64,000 bases of DNA, taken from Cyanophora paradoxa CCMP329 (Eukaryota; Plantae; Glaucophyta). Below the pieces are notes generated by a model. It was given only the letters and a program-made list of their open reading frames with translations, did not search any database and had not been told where the DNA came from. The translations under genes were made by a program, and so were the position numbers. Location of the stretch: positions 186,001 through 250,000 of the forward strand of contig QPMI01000049.1 of assembly GCA_004431415.1 (NCBI GenBank), written 5' to 3'. Position 1 is the first letter of the stretch; the number at the start of each line of letters is the position of its first letter. This document shows, one piece after another, positions 26,001 through 41,000 of the stretch.

Positions 26001-29000
26001 GAACCCGACGGAGACTCCCACGGAGACGCCGACGGAAACCCCGACGGAGACTCCCACGGAGACGCCGACGGAAACCCCGACGGAGACTCCCACGGAGACG
26101 CCGACGGAACCCCGACGGAGACTCCCACGGAGACGCCGACGGAAACCCCGACGGAGACTCCCACGGAGACGCCGACGGAAACCCCGACGGAGACTCCCAC
26201 GGAGACGCCGACGGAAACCCCGACGGAGACTCCCACGGAGACGCCGACGGAGACCCCGACGGAGACTCCCACGGAGACGCCGACGGAAACCCCGACGGAG
26301 ACTCCCACGGAGACGCCGACGGAAACCCCGACGGAGACTCCCACGGAGACGCCGACGGAACCCCGACGGAGACTCCCACGGAGACGCCGACGGAAACCCC
26401 GACGGAGACTCCCACGGAGACGCCGACGGAAACCCCGACGGAGACTCCCACGGAGACGCCGACGGAAACCCCGACGGAGACTCCCACGGAGACGCCGACG
26501 GAAACCCCGACGGAGACTCCCACGGAGACGCCGACGGAAACCCCGACGGAGACTCCCACGGAGACGCCGACGGAGACCCCGACGGAGACTCCCACGGAGA
26601 CGCCGACGGAAACCCCGACGGAGACTCCCACGGAGACGCCGACGGAAACCCCGACGGAGACTCCCACGGAGACGCCGACGGAAACCCCGACGGAGACTCC
26701 CACGGAGACGCCGACGGAGACCCCGACGGAGACTCCCACGGAGACGCCGACGGAAACCCCGACGGAGACTCCCACGGAGACGCCGACGGAAACCCGACGG
26801 AGACTCCCACGGAGACGCCGACGGAGACCCCGACGGAGACTCCCACGGAGACGCCGACGGAGACCCCGACGGAGACTCCCACGGAGACGCCGACGGAGAC
26901 CCCGACGGAGACTCCCACGGAGACGCCGACGGAAACCCCGACGGAGACTCCCACGGAGACGCCGACGGAAACCCCGACGGAGACTCCCACGGAGACGCCG
27001 ACGGAAACCCCGACGGAGACTCCCACGGAGACGCCGACGGAAACCCCGACGGAGACTCCCACGGAGACGCCGACGGAGACCCCGACGGAGACTCCCACGG
27101 AGACGCCGACGGAAACCCCGACGGAGACTCCCACGGAGACGCCGACGGAAACCCCGACGGAGACTCCACGGAGACGCCGACGGAAACCCCGACGGAGACT
27201 CCCACGGAGACGCCGACGGAAACCCCGACGGAGACTCCCACGGAGACGCCGACGGAAACCCCGACGGAGACTCCCACGGAGACGCCGACGGAAACCCCGA
27301 CGGAGACTCCCACGGAGACGCCGACGGAAACCCCGACGGAGACTCCCACGGAGACGCCGACGGAAACCCCGACGGAGACTCCCACGGAGACGCCGACGGA
27401 AACCCCGACGGAGACTCCACGGAGACGCCGACGGAGACCCCGACGGAGACTCCCACGGAGACGCCGACGGAGACCCCCACGGAGACTCCCACGGAGACGC
27501 CGACGGAAACCCCGACGGAGACTCCCTCGGAGACGCCGACGGAAACCCCGACGGAGACTCCCACGGAGACGCCGACGGAAACCCCGACGGAGACTCCCAC
27601 GGAGACGCCGACGGAAACCCCGACGGAGACTCCCACGGAGACGCCGACGGAAACCCCGACGGAGACTCCCACGGAGACGCCGACGGAAACCCCGACGGAG
27701 ACTCCCACGGAGACGCCGACGGAGACCCCGACGGAGACTCCCACGGAGACGCCGACGGAAACCCCGACGGAGACTCCCACGGAGACGCCGACGGAAACCC
27801 CGACGGAGACTCCCACGGAGACGCCGACGGAGACCCCGACGGAGACTCCCACGGAGACGCCGACGGAGACCCCGACGGAGACTCCCACGGAGACGCCGAC
27901 GGAGACCCCGACGGAGACTCCCACGGAGACGCCGACGGAAACCCCGACGGAGACTCCCACGGAGACGCCGACGGAAACCCCGACGGAGACTCCCACGGAG
28001 ACGCCGACGGAAACCCCGACGGAGACTCCCACGGAGACGCCGACGGAAACCCCGACGGAGACTCCCACGGAGACGCCGACGGAAACCCCGACGGAGACTC
28101 CCACGGAGACGCCGACGGAAACCCCGACAGAGACTCCCACGGAGACGCCGACGGAAACCCCGACGGAGACTCCCACGGAGACGCCGACGGAAACCCCGAC
28201 GGAGACTCCCACGGAGACGCCGACGGAAACCCCGACGGAGACTCCCACGGAGACGCCGACGGAAACCCCGACGGAGACTCCCACGGAGACCCCGACGGAG
28301 ACTCCCACGGAGACGCCGACGGAAACCCCGACGGAGACTCCCACGGAAACCCCGACGGAGACTCCCACGGAGACTCCCACGGAGACGCCGACGGAAACCC
28401 CCACGGAGACTCCCACGGAGACGCCGACGGAAACCCCGACGGAGACTCCCACGGAGACGCCGACGGAAACCCCGACGGAGACTCCCTCGGAGACGCCGAC
28501 GGAAACCCCGACGGAGACTCCCACGGAGACGCCGACGGAAACCCCGACGGAGACTCCCACGGAGACGCCGACGGAAACCCCGACGGAGACTCCCACGGAG
28601 ACGCCGACGGAAACCCCGACGGAGACTCCCACGGAGACGCCGACGGAAACCCCGACTGAGACTCCCACGGAGACGCCGACGGAAACCCCGACGGAGACTC
28701 CCACGGAGACGCCGACGGAAACCCCGACGGAGACTCCCTCGGAGACGCCGACGGAAACCCCGACGGAGACTCCCACGGAGACGCCGACGGAAACCCCGAG
28801 GGAGACTCCCACGGAGACGCCGACGGAAACCCCGACGGAGACTCCCACGGAGACGCCGACGGAAACCCCGACGGAGACTCCCACGGAGACGCCGACGGAA
28901 ACCCCGACGGAGACTCCCACGGAGACGCCGACGGAAACCCCGACGGAGACTCCCATGGAGACGCCGACGGAAACCCCGACGGAGACTCCCATGGAGACGC

Positions 29001-32000
29001 CGACGGAAACCCCGACGGAGACTCCCACGGAGACGCCGACGGAAACCCCGACGGAGACTCCCACGGAGACGCCGACGGAAACCCCGACGGAGACTCCCAC
29101 GGAGACGCCGACGGAAACCCCGACGGAGACTCCCACGGAGACGCCGACGGAAACCCCGACGGAGACTCCCACGGAGACGCCAACGGAAACCCCGACGGAG
29201 ACTCCCACGGAGACGCCGACGGAAACCCCGACGGAGACTCCCACGGAGACGCCGACGGAAACCCCGACGGAGACTCCCACGGAGACGCCGACGGAAACCC
29301 CGACGGAGACTCCCACGGAGACGCCGACGGAAACCCCGACTGAGACTCCCACGGAGACGCCGACGGAAACCCCGACGGAGACTCCCACGGAGACGCCGAC
29401 GGAAACCCCGACGGAGACTCCCACGGAGACGCCGACGGAGACTCCCACGGAGACTCCCACGGAGACGCCGACGGAAACCCCGACGGAGACTCCCACGGAG
29501 ACGCCGACGGAAACCCCGACGGAGACTCCCACGGAGACGCCGACGGAAACCCCGACGGAGACTCCCACGGAGACGCCGACGGAAACCCCGACGGAGACTC
29601 CCACGGAGACGCCGACGGAAACCCCGAGGGAGACTCCCTCGGAGACGCCGACGGAAACCCCGACGGAGACTCCCACGGAGACGCCGACGGAAACCCCGAC
29701 GGAGACTCCCACGGAGACGCCGACGGAAACCCCGACGGAGACTCCCACGGAGACGCCGACGGAAACCCCGACGGAGACTCCCACGGAGACGCCGACGGAA
29801 ACCCCGACGGAGACTCCCACGGAGACGCCGACGGAAACCCCGACGGAGACTCCCACGGAGACGCCGACGGAAACCCCGACGGAGACTCCCACGGAGACGC
29901 CGACGGAGACCCCGACGGAGACTCCCACGGAGACGCCGACGGAGACCCCGACGGAGACTCCCACGGAGACGCCGACGGAGACCCCGACGGAGACTCCCAC
30001 GGAGACGCCGACGGAGACCCCGACGGAGACTCCCACGGAGACGCCGACGGAAACCCCGACGGAGACTCCCACGGAGACGCCGACGGAAACCCCGACGGAG
30101 ACTCCCACGGAGACGCCGACGGAAACCCGACGGAGACTCCCACGGAGACGCCGACGGAAACCCCGACGGAGACTCCCACGGAGACGCCGACGGAAACCCC
30201 GACGGAGACTCCCACGGAGACGCCGACGGAAACCCCGACGGAGACTCCCATGGAGACGCCGACGGAAACCCCGACGGAGACTCCCATGGAGACGCCGACG
30301 GAAACCCCGACGGAGACTCCCACGGAGACGCCGACGGAAACCCCGACGGAGACTCCCACGGAGACGCCGACGGAAACCCCGACGGAGACTCCCACGGAGA
30401 CGCCGACGGAAACCCCGACGGAGACTCCCACGGAGACGCCGACGGAAACCCCGACGGAGACTCCCACGGAGACGCCAACGGAAACCCCGACGGAGACTCC
30501 CACGGAGACGCCGACGGAAACCCCGACGGAGACTCCCACGGAGACGCCGACGGAAACCCCGACGGAGACTCCCACGGAGACGCCGACGGAAACCCCGACG
30601 GAGACTCCCACGGAGACGCCGAGCCCGAGCCCAGCCGCGGCGCTCACGGAGACGCCGAGCCCAAGCCCGTCGCTCATGGAGACGCCGAGCCTGAGCCCTT
30701 CTCCGAGCCCTCCAATGTTGCATACCCCAAGCCCCTCTCCCAGCTCAACACCCTCGCCGTCTCCAAGCCCATCTCCCAGTCTGACACCATCACCAACACC
30801 CTCTCCAGTTCCGCGGCCAGCGCAGCCCGTTTTCATTGTTCCAGCATCAGATGGCATTACGGATGTCGCGCGGCTTTCCTCGGGCAAGGTCGCCCTGACG
30901 GTTCAGACTTCGGCTGCAGACGCCGTCCTGACAGTTGTGGTGACATGCAGAGCGACCGCGACCGAATCATCCGATCTGCCTTCCGTACCCGCTCAAATGG
31001 AAGCAGCATCTACTTCCGTGATTGTCGAGGTGCTTCTAGCAGCAGGGACCGACTACGAGTGCCGCGTGCAGAGCACAAACGTGCATGGCACCTCTGATGC
31101 TGGCACTCGGCGATTCAAGACTCGTGCCGGCCCCGCTCTTCCTACTATCACGTATCCGGCGACAGATGGCACGTCAGGAGTTACACGCAACGCCGATGGA
31201 CAAGCCCTGGTCACGATCGGAGTGCTAGAAGCGGATGCGGTCACAGGTGCAAGCGCGACATGCAGGGCAACGGCGCCGGTAGCCTCGCCAGATCTCGCCC
31301 CGGTAACAGTAACCGGTCTTACTGGGAACCCAACTTCGATAGACGTTATGGTGCGCACGTCCTTGGTTTATTTAGTGCGCACGTATAGACTTTCGTTGCT
31401 CACTTCACGCAACACATGTACAGGTTACGCTTTCTCCGGGCACTGAGTACACCTGCCGCGTCTCCATGTCGAACGCGGGTGGCTCTTCTCTCGAGGCATC
31501 CAGGCAGTTCGCCACGGTGGCGGGCCCCGCCCCTCCCAGGATCGCGTTCCCGGCCACCGACGGGGCTATCGATGTGGAGAGGACAAACGATGGCTTCGTG
31601 TCTGTCGTGCTCTCTACGCTAGGCCTCGATGCCGTTACCAGCGCCACCGTCGCCTGCATTTCGACCGCCTCCCAAACAGCGGTGGATCCTGTCACAGTCT
31701 CTGGGCTCTCGGCGCCCACGTCCATCACCGTCCGAGTACTGCTGGCCGCCCTCACGGGATATCAGTGCACAGTGACGACAGCAAACGCCGGCGGCACCTC
31801 AACCCCCGCCTCGCGCACGTTCGTCACGAAGAAGGGCCTTGCCCCTGTCGACGCCAAGCGGAGCGTCGCCAGCGGGCCAGCCGCGTGCGGCTACCAGGTC
31901 GTCGGCTGGATCACTACGCTGGTCGTCCAAGCGTTTGACGCAGAGGGCCTCGTCGTCTCTGGGCGCAACGCAGGCACCTTGTCTGCCAAGGTACTACATT

Positions 32001-35000
32001 TTCCTTTTGCGTATCGATTGCAGCATCATGCGTAATATGCGGGTGTCGCCGCAGCTCGTGTCTTTGACAGGAAGCGATCCTCGCATCAACGTTAACCCTG
32101 CGTTCAGCTACTACGGGACGCCACCCGCCGCCGACACCAGCGCCGACGCCACGATCACAAACTTCCAAAACGGTGTGCATCAATGCTTCTTGAGCTTTTT
32201 TTAGCCGCCGCGATGTACGCACCGATCTCGACTTTCAGGAACGTTCCTGGTGGAGTTCCAGGTCCCGCGGCGCCGCGGCACGTACGAGCTCGAGCTGGCG
32301 CTCGCGACGGGCGTCGCCGCGAACTCCGGCCCGATCGCCAACTCGCCTCTCCGCTTCTTCGCCCTCCCTTCAACGCAGACAAAGGTGTCATTCGAGGGGG
32401 TTTCCACAACCGTCAAGGCGCTCAAGGGCTTCCCCGTTTCGTTCTCCGGAATCTACCGCGACAGGTGCACATGCGCTCGCGCGGGCTCGCAATTCGGCGT
32501 CTGCTTTAAACTTCGGCGTTAATTCTATAATGCAAAAATTAATGCCGTGCGGCAGCAACGACAACTTCATGGGCGGCATCCCCGCTGGCGTCGCCACGTC
32601 GACGTGCCCCGCCGCGTTCTCCTTCCGCTCCTCCGCCGGCACGGCGACCACTCCGCCCGCCATTGCGAGCATTTCTGCCTCGCCTGCTACTCCCGTGGAT
32701 CTCGTAGCAACAAGGGGAACCTACGGAATGGGCGGGACCTGGTTCGACACGTTCGTGCTGACCGGCAAGACAACGGTCGACGGGAGTGCAACGGTCACTG
32801 TCACTGGCGCCGTTGGAGCCTCCACGTCAACTGTCACCACGATTTCTCTGACAGCCGGGGACATCGCTATCTCCAAGTCGGGCGTCTTTAGCAGCGTCTG
32901 CAAGCAGCACACAGCAGGCAGAGCGTTCAGCTTCCGCATCGAGCTCCGGGACGCGCAGGACGCGCGAGTGGATGGTTTCAGCGTTGTCACAGTCACCCCG
33001 ACCTACCTTGGCCCCACCTCTACAGCCGCTAGTATCGAGTGCGCACTGGGCCGCATGCGAATTTTATTTAAAGCACACTTTTTCTGATTCAACCGTGCAG
33101 GGAGACTGTGTTCGCGCTGCCCGACGGGTTTAAGGCGCTCGTCAACCCGAACGCTTTCCCCTCTGCGGCCACTGCAACCGTCGCGTCGAACACCGACGGC
33201 TCTTTCACAGCTTCCGTGACCGCCTTCAAGGCGGGGTACTACAAGCTGGCGGTCTCCATCAACGGCCAGGCGGCCGGCGTGGGCTCGGGCTTCACCGTCT
33301 TCGTCAACCCCGGCGAGCCCGCGCCCACGCCGGACGCGGCCTACCCGTTCTACAGCGCGTCCGGGGTCGAGTGGGTGAGCAGCGCGCGTGCGCTGGCGGG
33401 CCAGACCGCCACCACGTACGTGGCCATCCGCGACGCCTTCGGCAACCTTGTGGAGCCGTCCGCCTACCAGACCGTCGCCGAGAGCGAGGTCAGCTTGAAG
33501 CTTGGTTTCGCAAGCGGTGCGGACGCCACGGGCTGCTCTTCCGCGATTCCATCGCCATGGACCGCTTCGGTGCTCATTCTATGCTTTTGTTTCCGATCAT
33601 TCCGAAGGGGCTGACCGATTTCATTTCGAATTTCAGACGTTGTCTTTGGTGGCCACCGATCCCGCAATTGTGAGGCCGTCAACCGTTCTTCCCGTTGTTG
33701 CGACGACTGGCCTCGGCACGTCGAAGAGCTGGAACTATTCCGAGCAGTCCGCGACGCCCGCCGGGGTCTACCGGATCACCTTCTCGACCTGCTCCACTGG
33801 CGCGCTGCAGATCCGGGCCTCCCGCAGCGGCGTCCCCAACAGCGCGTTCGGCGCTGCCGTGCCTCTCACGGTGACCCCCAACGTCCTGGCGAGCATTCAG
33901 GACGCCTCTGCACTCAAGGAGAGCGTCGCTGGCCCGCTCGCCGCGGAGGCTGCCAGCTCGATTCGCGTCACCGGCGTGGATGCGTGCGGCAACGTCGTGG
34001 ACTTCAATCAGTGCGTCCGGTCCTGTGCCATATTCGACTTCACGCAATTATAAAAGCGCTTGCGACCCTACGCGTTGACGTTAAGAATACGATTGCTTGA
34101 ATGTTGGGGATTTTAATATCGAAATTTTAAAATGCGAAGGTCTCGATCAAATCGAAATCGTTCGTTCTAGCTATTCGGAATATTCAATGTTAGCGATAAC
34201 ATGATCATCGAATTAATTATATAAATATTAAAAAATGCTGAGGTCGACGTCTCGATCAAATCGAAATCGTTCGTTCTAGAAAATATTTAATAACATCGAT
34301 CGTTCGTTCAAGGGAAATAAGCGTTAACATCAATCGTTAGCGTTCAAAAGAATGCATTTATTGCAAATCTGTCACGGTCAACATTGACGTTCGTGTTATT
34401 AATATTCGGAGATTATTTATCATTGACGTGCATATCGCACACTTTATATAACGCGACCAACACGAACTTGAACTTTAATATAGATGTAGCCGTGCTTTGC
34501 AGGTCCTTTTCGCGAATTCAAAATCGCCAGAGCTCGCGCCGCCAGCGTAAAATAACTTCTACTTATTTTCTCAGGGAGCCGAACAACGCGTTCCAGTTCG
34601 CTTTCTCGGGCGGCGTCGCGAGGCTGCCGTTCTTCGCGGACTTCACGACAGAGGCGGGACGGGCGCCCCTCTGCTCGTACGTGCGCTACCAGGGAGTCAT
34701 CGGCTGCTTCCGGGACCTTTCGGTGCGGGGATTGCGCTGTCGCTCGTACTTGCCGGCTCGTGGAAAGATAGAACGTTGACCGCGGCACGCTGCTTTCGCA
34801 GATGGCCCGCGTTCCAGGCACTACCGGCGCCGTCACAATCTGTGCGTGATTTCGGTATTAAAGTCTCCTCGCTCAACGCTTATAATTATGATATCGCTCA
34901 GCGTACAAGCTGTTCGCGACGGGGGCGGGCACGCTGGACCTGTTCGTCAACACGCGGCTGGCGACGTTCATCGAGGGCTCGCGCCTCGCCTCCGACGGCG

Positions 35001-38000
35001 CCCCAGTGGCCCGCGTGGCCGTCGCGCGCACGCCGAAGGAGCCCCTCCAGGTCGTCTCCGCGCGCTTCTCCGATGCGGTGCGCCCCAAATAGACGCCGAG
35101 CGATCGCGAGCTGCGCGGCCTGCAGCTGACGCCTGCGAAGGGCAACACGGTGCTGTTCACGCTGAGCGAGGACTCCGACATGCTCCAGGTGCCGCCTTGC
35201 TGCTTGAATTAGCGATATAAAAAATATCTCGCTTTAAATTTGATGTCCGAACTGAGGCTTCGCCTGCAGAGCTACACGAGCACGCCGGCCGCCGCGCTGG
35301 ACTCTGCCAGGAACGTGCGTGCGAGTGCTATTTTTAAGGATGCGGCCACCGTGTTCGGGCCAGGTGCGCGTCTGCAGGCCGCGCGAACTTGCGAGTCTGC
35401 GGTCCCCGTATTCAAGCGGCATCCAACCCTTTCGCGCGCAGCTTCGTACTGCTCGTTCGTCAGCCCGACGGTCCTGGAGGTGACGATCGCCGGCGCGAAC
35501 GACCAGAACATCGCCGGCCTCGCAGGGCTCCTGACCGCCGTGTCCATTGCGAGCACGGGCGCCCCGATCCTCAACGCGTGCGTTCTGCCTTGCAATTGGC
35601 CTGTCGCTTTCGACTCGTGTCAATCAGTAAATATTGCCCGCAGGATCGGCAACTCGGCACCGATTCCGGCCACGGCCCCGGCCGTCGTCATCCAGGGGCC
35701 GGCCAACCCGCCGACGCCGGTCATCCAGCTCACGGGGGACAAGTCCGTCGGGAAGTGCGACCCCGCGGAGTACACCCTCAAGGTCGAAGGCGGCGGCTGC
35801 GGGCGCCCGCTCACCCTCCAGTGGACGGTCACCCTAAATGGAGCCCCCCTCGGTCTGCATCAGGCTTTCCATCTGGCGAGAATACGAAGCTCTTTTAGCG
35901 GCTGACATCGCATCCCTGTTGCGAGCAGGTGCCCAACTCTACAGAATTTCAGGATCGACACTCCGCATCCTTCCTTTTATTTCGGAGCGTACCGAAACGT
36001 ACGAGGTAGCCGTGACCGGAACCAATTTCTTGAACAAGCCCAGCGAGCGGCAGACGATCTCGGTACGAACTCATTTTATTTTATTAATACTTAACTATGG
36101 ACGCTGACTCGATAGCAGCTGCTTAAAACCAACACGGAAGTGCCGAGCGTCGTGATTGCGGAGGGCGCGCGGCTCGAGACGTCGAAGACGGCGGACACGA
36201 CCCTCACGGCCCGCGCGACGTTCAGCGCCTGCTCCTCCAGCTCCAGTGCGCCTCCGACCCGCTTTTATTGCCACTGGCGGCCCGCGGCACTGATCATGAT
36301 GCACGTGCGTGAGCAGCTGTGGAGATGGAGTTCAAGTGGTACGTGGGCGAGGAGTTGCAGGCCGGGGCGACCTCCTCTTCATTCTCAATCGGGCCGGGCG
36401 GGAGGGTTTCCCTTGCGGTGCGCCCGCCCGAGTCGCGTGCACGTGCAACCGGCGCATTATCTTCAGCTGACGCGTGAGATTCGCGACACAGCCCCGAAGC
36501 ACGCCGTACGCCATCAGGGTCGTGGGCAACGTCAAGTCGAACCCGGAGCTCCAGAACTTCTTCACGACGCAGCTCACCGTGAAGGCCGCGAGGCTCGTCG
36601 CGGATGCGAAGGCGTTCGCCGAGTCGGGCGGCGTGCGGACGCTCACGAGCACCGCCGAGGTCGACTCCGACGTCGTCCTCGACGCGACGGCGTCCTTCGA
36701 TCCCGACAACGCCGCCGCCGGCTTCGACGCAAAGCTCGCGTGCAAGTGGGCGGTGCGGGCCGACTCCCCGGCGCACACGCTCTCGAGAGACGCGAGCGGC
36801 TTCATCGTCGAGGGTGCCGGCGCATCCTTCCCGAGCGACAGGAACGGATGCGTTCTGCGGATTGCTGCTCGCACCCTGCAGCCGGACAAGACGTCCCCTC
36901 AGAAGCCGTGAGTACTGACAGCAGGATGCCTTATTTAAAGCATGAGCTTGATTCTTATATTTAATCCGGCCCGCGTTCAGGTTCTCGTTCGAGGTGCAGG
37001 TGACACGCAACGACGACCTCGGCCGCGCCGCGGCGACGGCCTCCGTCCCCGTCGTCATCGTGGAGTACGCGCCCCCCGCCGTGTCCATCGAGGTGCGTGC
37101 ATGACTGCAGCCCATATATATATAAAATAAGGCGAATAAGGCGCCCTCGCAATTATATTCAGCCACGTCGTCTCGCGATTGTGATTGTGATCGTGGTCGA
37201 GCAGGTCGAGGGGTCGCGCACGGTCAACTCGTTCCGGGAGCTGAAGCTGACCGGCTCCGTCGAGGCGCCCAAGGACATCGACGCGGACGACTTCAAAAAG
37301 AACGGCGCGGCCAAGTACAGGGTGCAGTACCTGTGGACGGTGCAGAGCGTGAGCACGCTGGACCTGCAGAACAAGGAGGTCACCGAGAGCAGCACGGGGC
37401 CGTCCCTCGTCCTCAAGAAGGGCGTCCTCCGCCCCGGCCAGACCTACACCTTCGCCCTGTCGGTCACGATGGAGAAGGACAAGAAGACGCGCACCGCCTC
37501 CGCGGAGATCACGCTGGTTGTCAATCGGGTGCGAGGCAGCAATTGCAACAGCGTTGGGATCTGCAGATGTATATATACACATTTTGCACTGACACAAAGA
37601 GCTGCAGCCGCCGGCGTCGGGGAGCTGCAGGCTGCTGGAGCCTCTGGAGGACGGCGGCCTGCGGGACGTGACGCAGGGCGCCGCGTCCAAGTCGGTGACG
37701 GCGCTGAGCAAGGAGTACCGGCTCGCGTGCGGGGACTGGATCACGGGGAGCCCGCCCCTGCAGTACGCCTTCGAGGTCGAGGAGGTCGGCGAGGAGAAGC
37801 GGACCTCCCTCCGCGGCTACACCCCCGACAGCACGCTCACCAAGATCAGGGCCTTCCCCGTCAAGAGTGCGCAATTTATGCTAGATATAGGGCCGTGCTT
37901 TAGATAATGACAATTTAACCCCTCCGATCGGCAGCGACCCTCCGATTCCGGGCCTACATTCGCGACGCGACGGGCGCCTTCACCGTCTTCGAGCTCGACC

Positions 38001-41000
38001 CCGTGGCCGTCGTCAGCCCGACGGCCGGCAAGTCGAACTCGGACGCCGCGAAAATCATCAAGGAGAACACCGACGCGGAGACCGACACGTGCATCCGTGC
38101 CAAGAACTACGGCTGCGCCTTCGGGAGCATCACGACGGCGACGAGCTCGGCCCGGCGGCAAGCCAAGGACAGCTTGGCGCTGCGCAGGGCCCTGCGGACC
38201 TTTACGAGCGTTCCCACGCGGCGCCGCCTGAGCGCGGCGGACACCGCGCTGCTCCAGATCCAGGTCGACGCGCTGCGGAACACGATGCGAGCCGTCGAGG
38301 GCGCCGGGTACAGCAGGACGGCGGTCGGGGCGGCGGCGGGGCAGTACGCGACCGTCCTCGAGGGCGGCTTCGTGGAGGACTACGGCGCCTCGTTCGTGGA
38401 TGAGGCGCTCGCCCTCGCCGCCAACTTGACGGCCAGCTACGTGCGCGACTGCAACTCGTACACGCCGGAAACGGACTCCGTCGTCCAGAACCTCATCGCC
38501 GGCTCGCTCAACCTCTTCAGCAACGAGGCCGGCGTCAACCGCACCCTCACCTCGTCGCTCGCACTCCGGCAGCTCCTCTCGCAGCTCGGCCGCCGCTCCC
38601 TCGAGTGCGGCACCTGCGCGGCCACGCGCGGCAACTGGACCTCGCCCGTCGCGGCCTTCGCTTTGCCGACCGCATCGCGCAAGGACGCCGAGCTTCTCCC
38701 GCTCCAGCTCTGCGCCTCCCAGACCGTCAACTATCCCGCACAGACGGTCGCCTTCAGCGGCTTTGATGCACGCATCGGGTTTTCCGAGAGCTTCGCGCTC
38801 TCCGTCCTCGGGAGCATCAACGCGACAGCCGACCGAACCCTCAGCGTTGTCGCCCTGCGCCTCCCCGAAGATCTGTACGGCGGCTCCGAGCGCTTTGCCA
38901 GCGACGTTGTGCAGCTCGCCGTCTACAGGACCGGCTGCGGCGCGCGCTGCGAGAGCCTCCCGATCGCCGACCTGTCGGAGCCCCTCTCGTTCGCCGGCCT
39001 CGTGCCCCCGTCGGCCGCGTTCGACTTCATGTCAGAGCGAGGTGCGCTCACTGGCTTCGTCTCGAGCGCTCTTGCGAACTTCGAGCCGACGGTTGTTTTC
39101 GCGCAGTTTCGCTCTCGCGCTTCAACCTATCGAGCTCCGCCTGGACGGAGACCACGCCCGGCTCCATCGCCGTCCGCGGGGTCGACGGGCGCTACACATC
39201 GAACGAGGCCGACGTCGCCCCCGCCCGCGCGCCCGCCGTGTTCCACGACCTCGCGCATGTCGTCCGCGCGCGCCCCGAGTCGCGCAACATCACCTCCCGC
39301 GCCACCCTCGGCGTCGCCTTCGAGATGTACCCCGGCGCCCGCAACGCCTCGGCCGCCTCGCTCTTCGCCGCTGGCACCGGGGCGGACCCCGCCCGCCTCG
39401 TCGCCGCGCTCGCTGCGCGCATCCGGGCCCGTGCGGCCGCCGTCGGATCGGCGGCCGGCCAGATCGCGGCCTTCGACCAGGCCCTGCAGCTCGCCGTCGA
39501 GCCGGGCGCCATCTCCTCCTCGGCTGCCGGCTCCATCGACGGCCTCCAGATCACTTTCTCGTGCGCAGTCACTGTCCAAAGGCGATTTGTTCCGCCGTTG
39601 ACGTCGCTTCTCAGGTTCTTCGGCGTCGCCAACCCGGCGCCCGGGTCGAGCCGGCCGTCGTCGACCGCGCTCCGCGACTTCGTCTACGCCGACGCGCTCC
39701 TCAACGGGCTCGACCTCTCCGCCGCCGACCCGCTCCTCTCCGGCGGCGCCCCGCGGTCCCTCAACGGCCAGCGCGTCACCTCGGTGCGCCACCGCAAAAT
39801 TTCGCAGCAAGCTGTAGGTTCGCGGCTCGCTGAAAAGAATTTCTCAGCCTGGCGTGCCCGGGCTCGGAGGGTTCCGCGACAACGGCGGCAGCGCCATCCC
39901 CGTCGTCCTTTCGTTCCCGCAGCAGGCAGTCACCCTCGGGACGCTCCAGGCCCTCTTCCCCGTCTCGTCTTCGCCGCTCGGCAACGCGCGGCTCGTCCGC
40001 GCGCTGTTCTGGGCCCTCCGCAACGCCACCAACGGCACATCGGTCTCCGCTGATCTTGCCAAGAGCATCGAAATTCAGGTTCGCGGAATTAGCTCGTATA
40101 AAATTCGCGGTCGAAAGCGGACGCGGTTGTGATTCGGGTCGCGCAGGTTGCCTTTGTCAGCTCGAGCTCTGACGCGGGCGCCATCCTCCTGACGTTGAAC
40201 GTGTTCGGCGCACTTCGCGCCGTCCCCGCCGCCGGGGGCGGCTTCGTCGTCGCACCGAACGCGACGGGACACGAGGCGATCGCCCGCGCGCTCGTGCACG
40301 CCTCTCTGAACGGCGGCCTCACGCTCGCCCTGTCGAACGGCTCCAATCTCACCGGGGGCACCGTCCGCTCGATCGGCGGCCGCTTTGCCGGTGTGATGCC
40401 CTACGTCTCGGCGGTCGTGGCGGGGCTGCGGGGCGCGGCGCCGCCCGTCCCCGCCAACGCGTCCAGCCTGAACTTCACAGTCCGCGTGGAGAACAAGCTC
40501 GGCTCGTTCGCGATGTGGTTCTCCGAGAACTACGACTCGCTCGACGCCGCCTCCCGCGACGACCTCTGGGCGCTGGCGCTCTACAACTTCCTCCGCGAGC
40601 TCGACCCGGCCGTCAACATCAACGGCGTCCTCTTCGCCGGCCGCTCCGCCTTCGCCGACGCCGTCAGCGGCGCCAACGGCACGCGCCGGCACGCCCTGCA
40701 GCTCGACATCACCTCCGGCCCGTCGGTCGACGTCGCCGGCACCTACCGCGGCTCCTCGGACATCCTCGGCTCCGGCTCGGGTTTCTCCCGCAACAGTCCG
40801 CAATCTGTTTCATTTGCGCTTGCACTTTCGAATTCAGAATGTAACTGATTATTTTCGCAGGCTCGTTCTGTGGTGGGTCGTACACGATCGCGCTCCCGAC
40901 CGGTCCGGCGGGCGCCAAGCCGCAATGCACGTCCAACACCGTCAAAACGAGCATACAACCCACGACGCCCGTGGCCCCGGGTTCGGGGTCGTCGGGGTCG

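Noticed and set aside
24230-30620. 36-bp periodicity as a CRISPR array
   Set aside because: There are no unique spacers or cas genes, and it is a eukaryotic coding tandem repeat.
24145-30887. Three >2,000-aa minus-strand ORFs (VSVG, ESPSGFPSASPW, RRGFRRRLRGSL repeats)
   Set aside because: These are antisense shadows of the stop-free 36-bp repeat. Splice sites and flanking domains support only the plus-strand TPTE frame.
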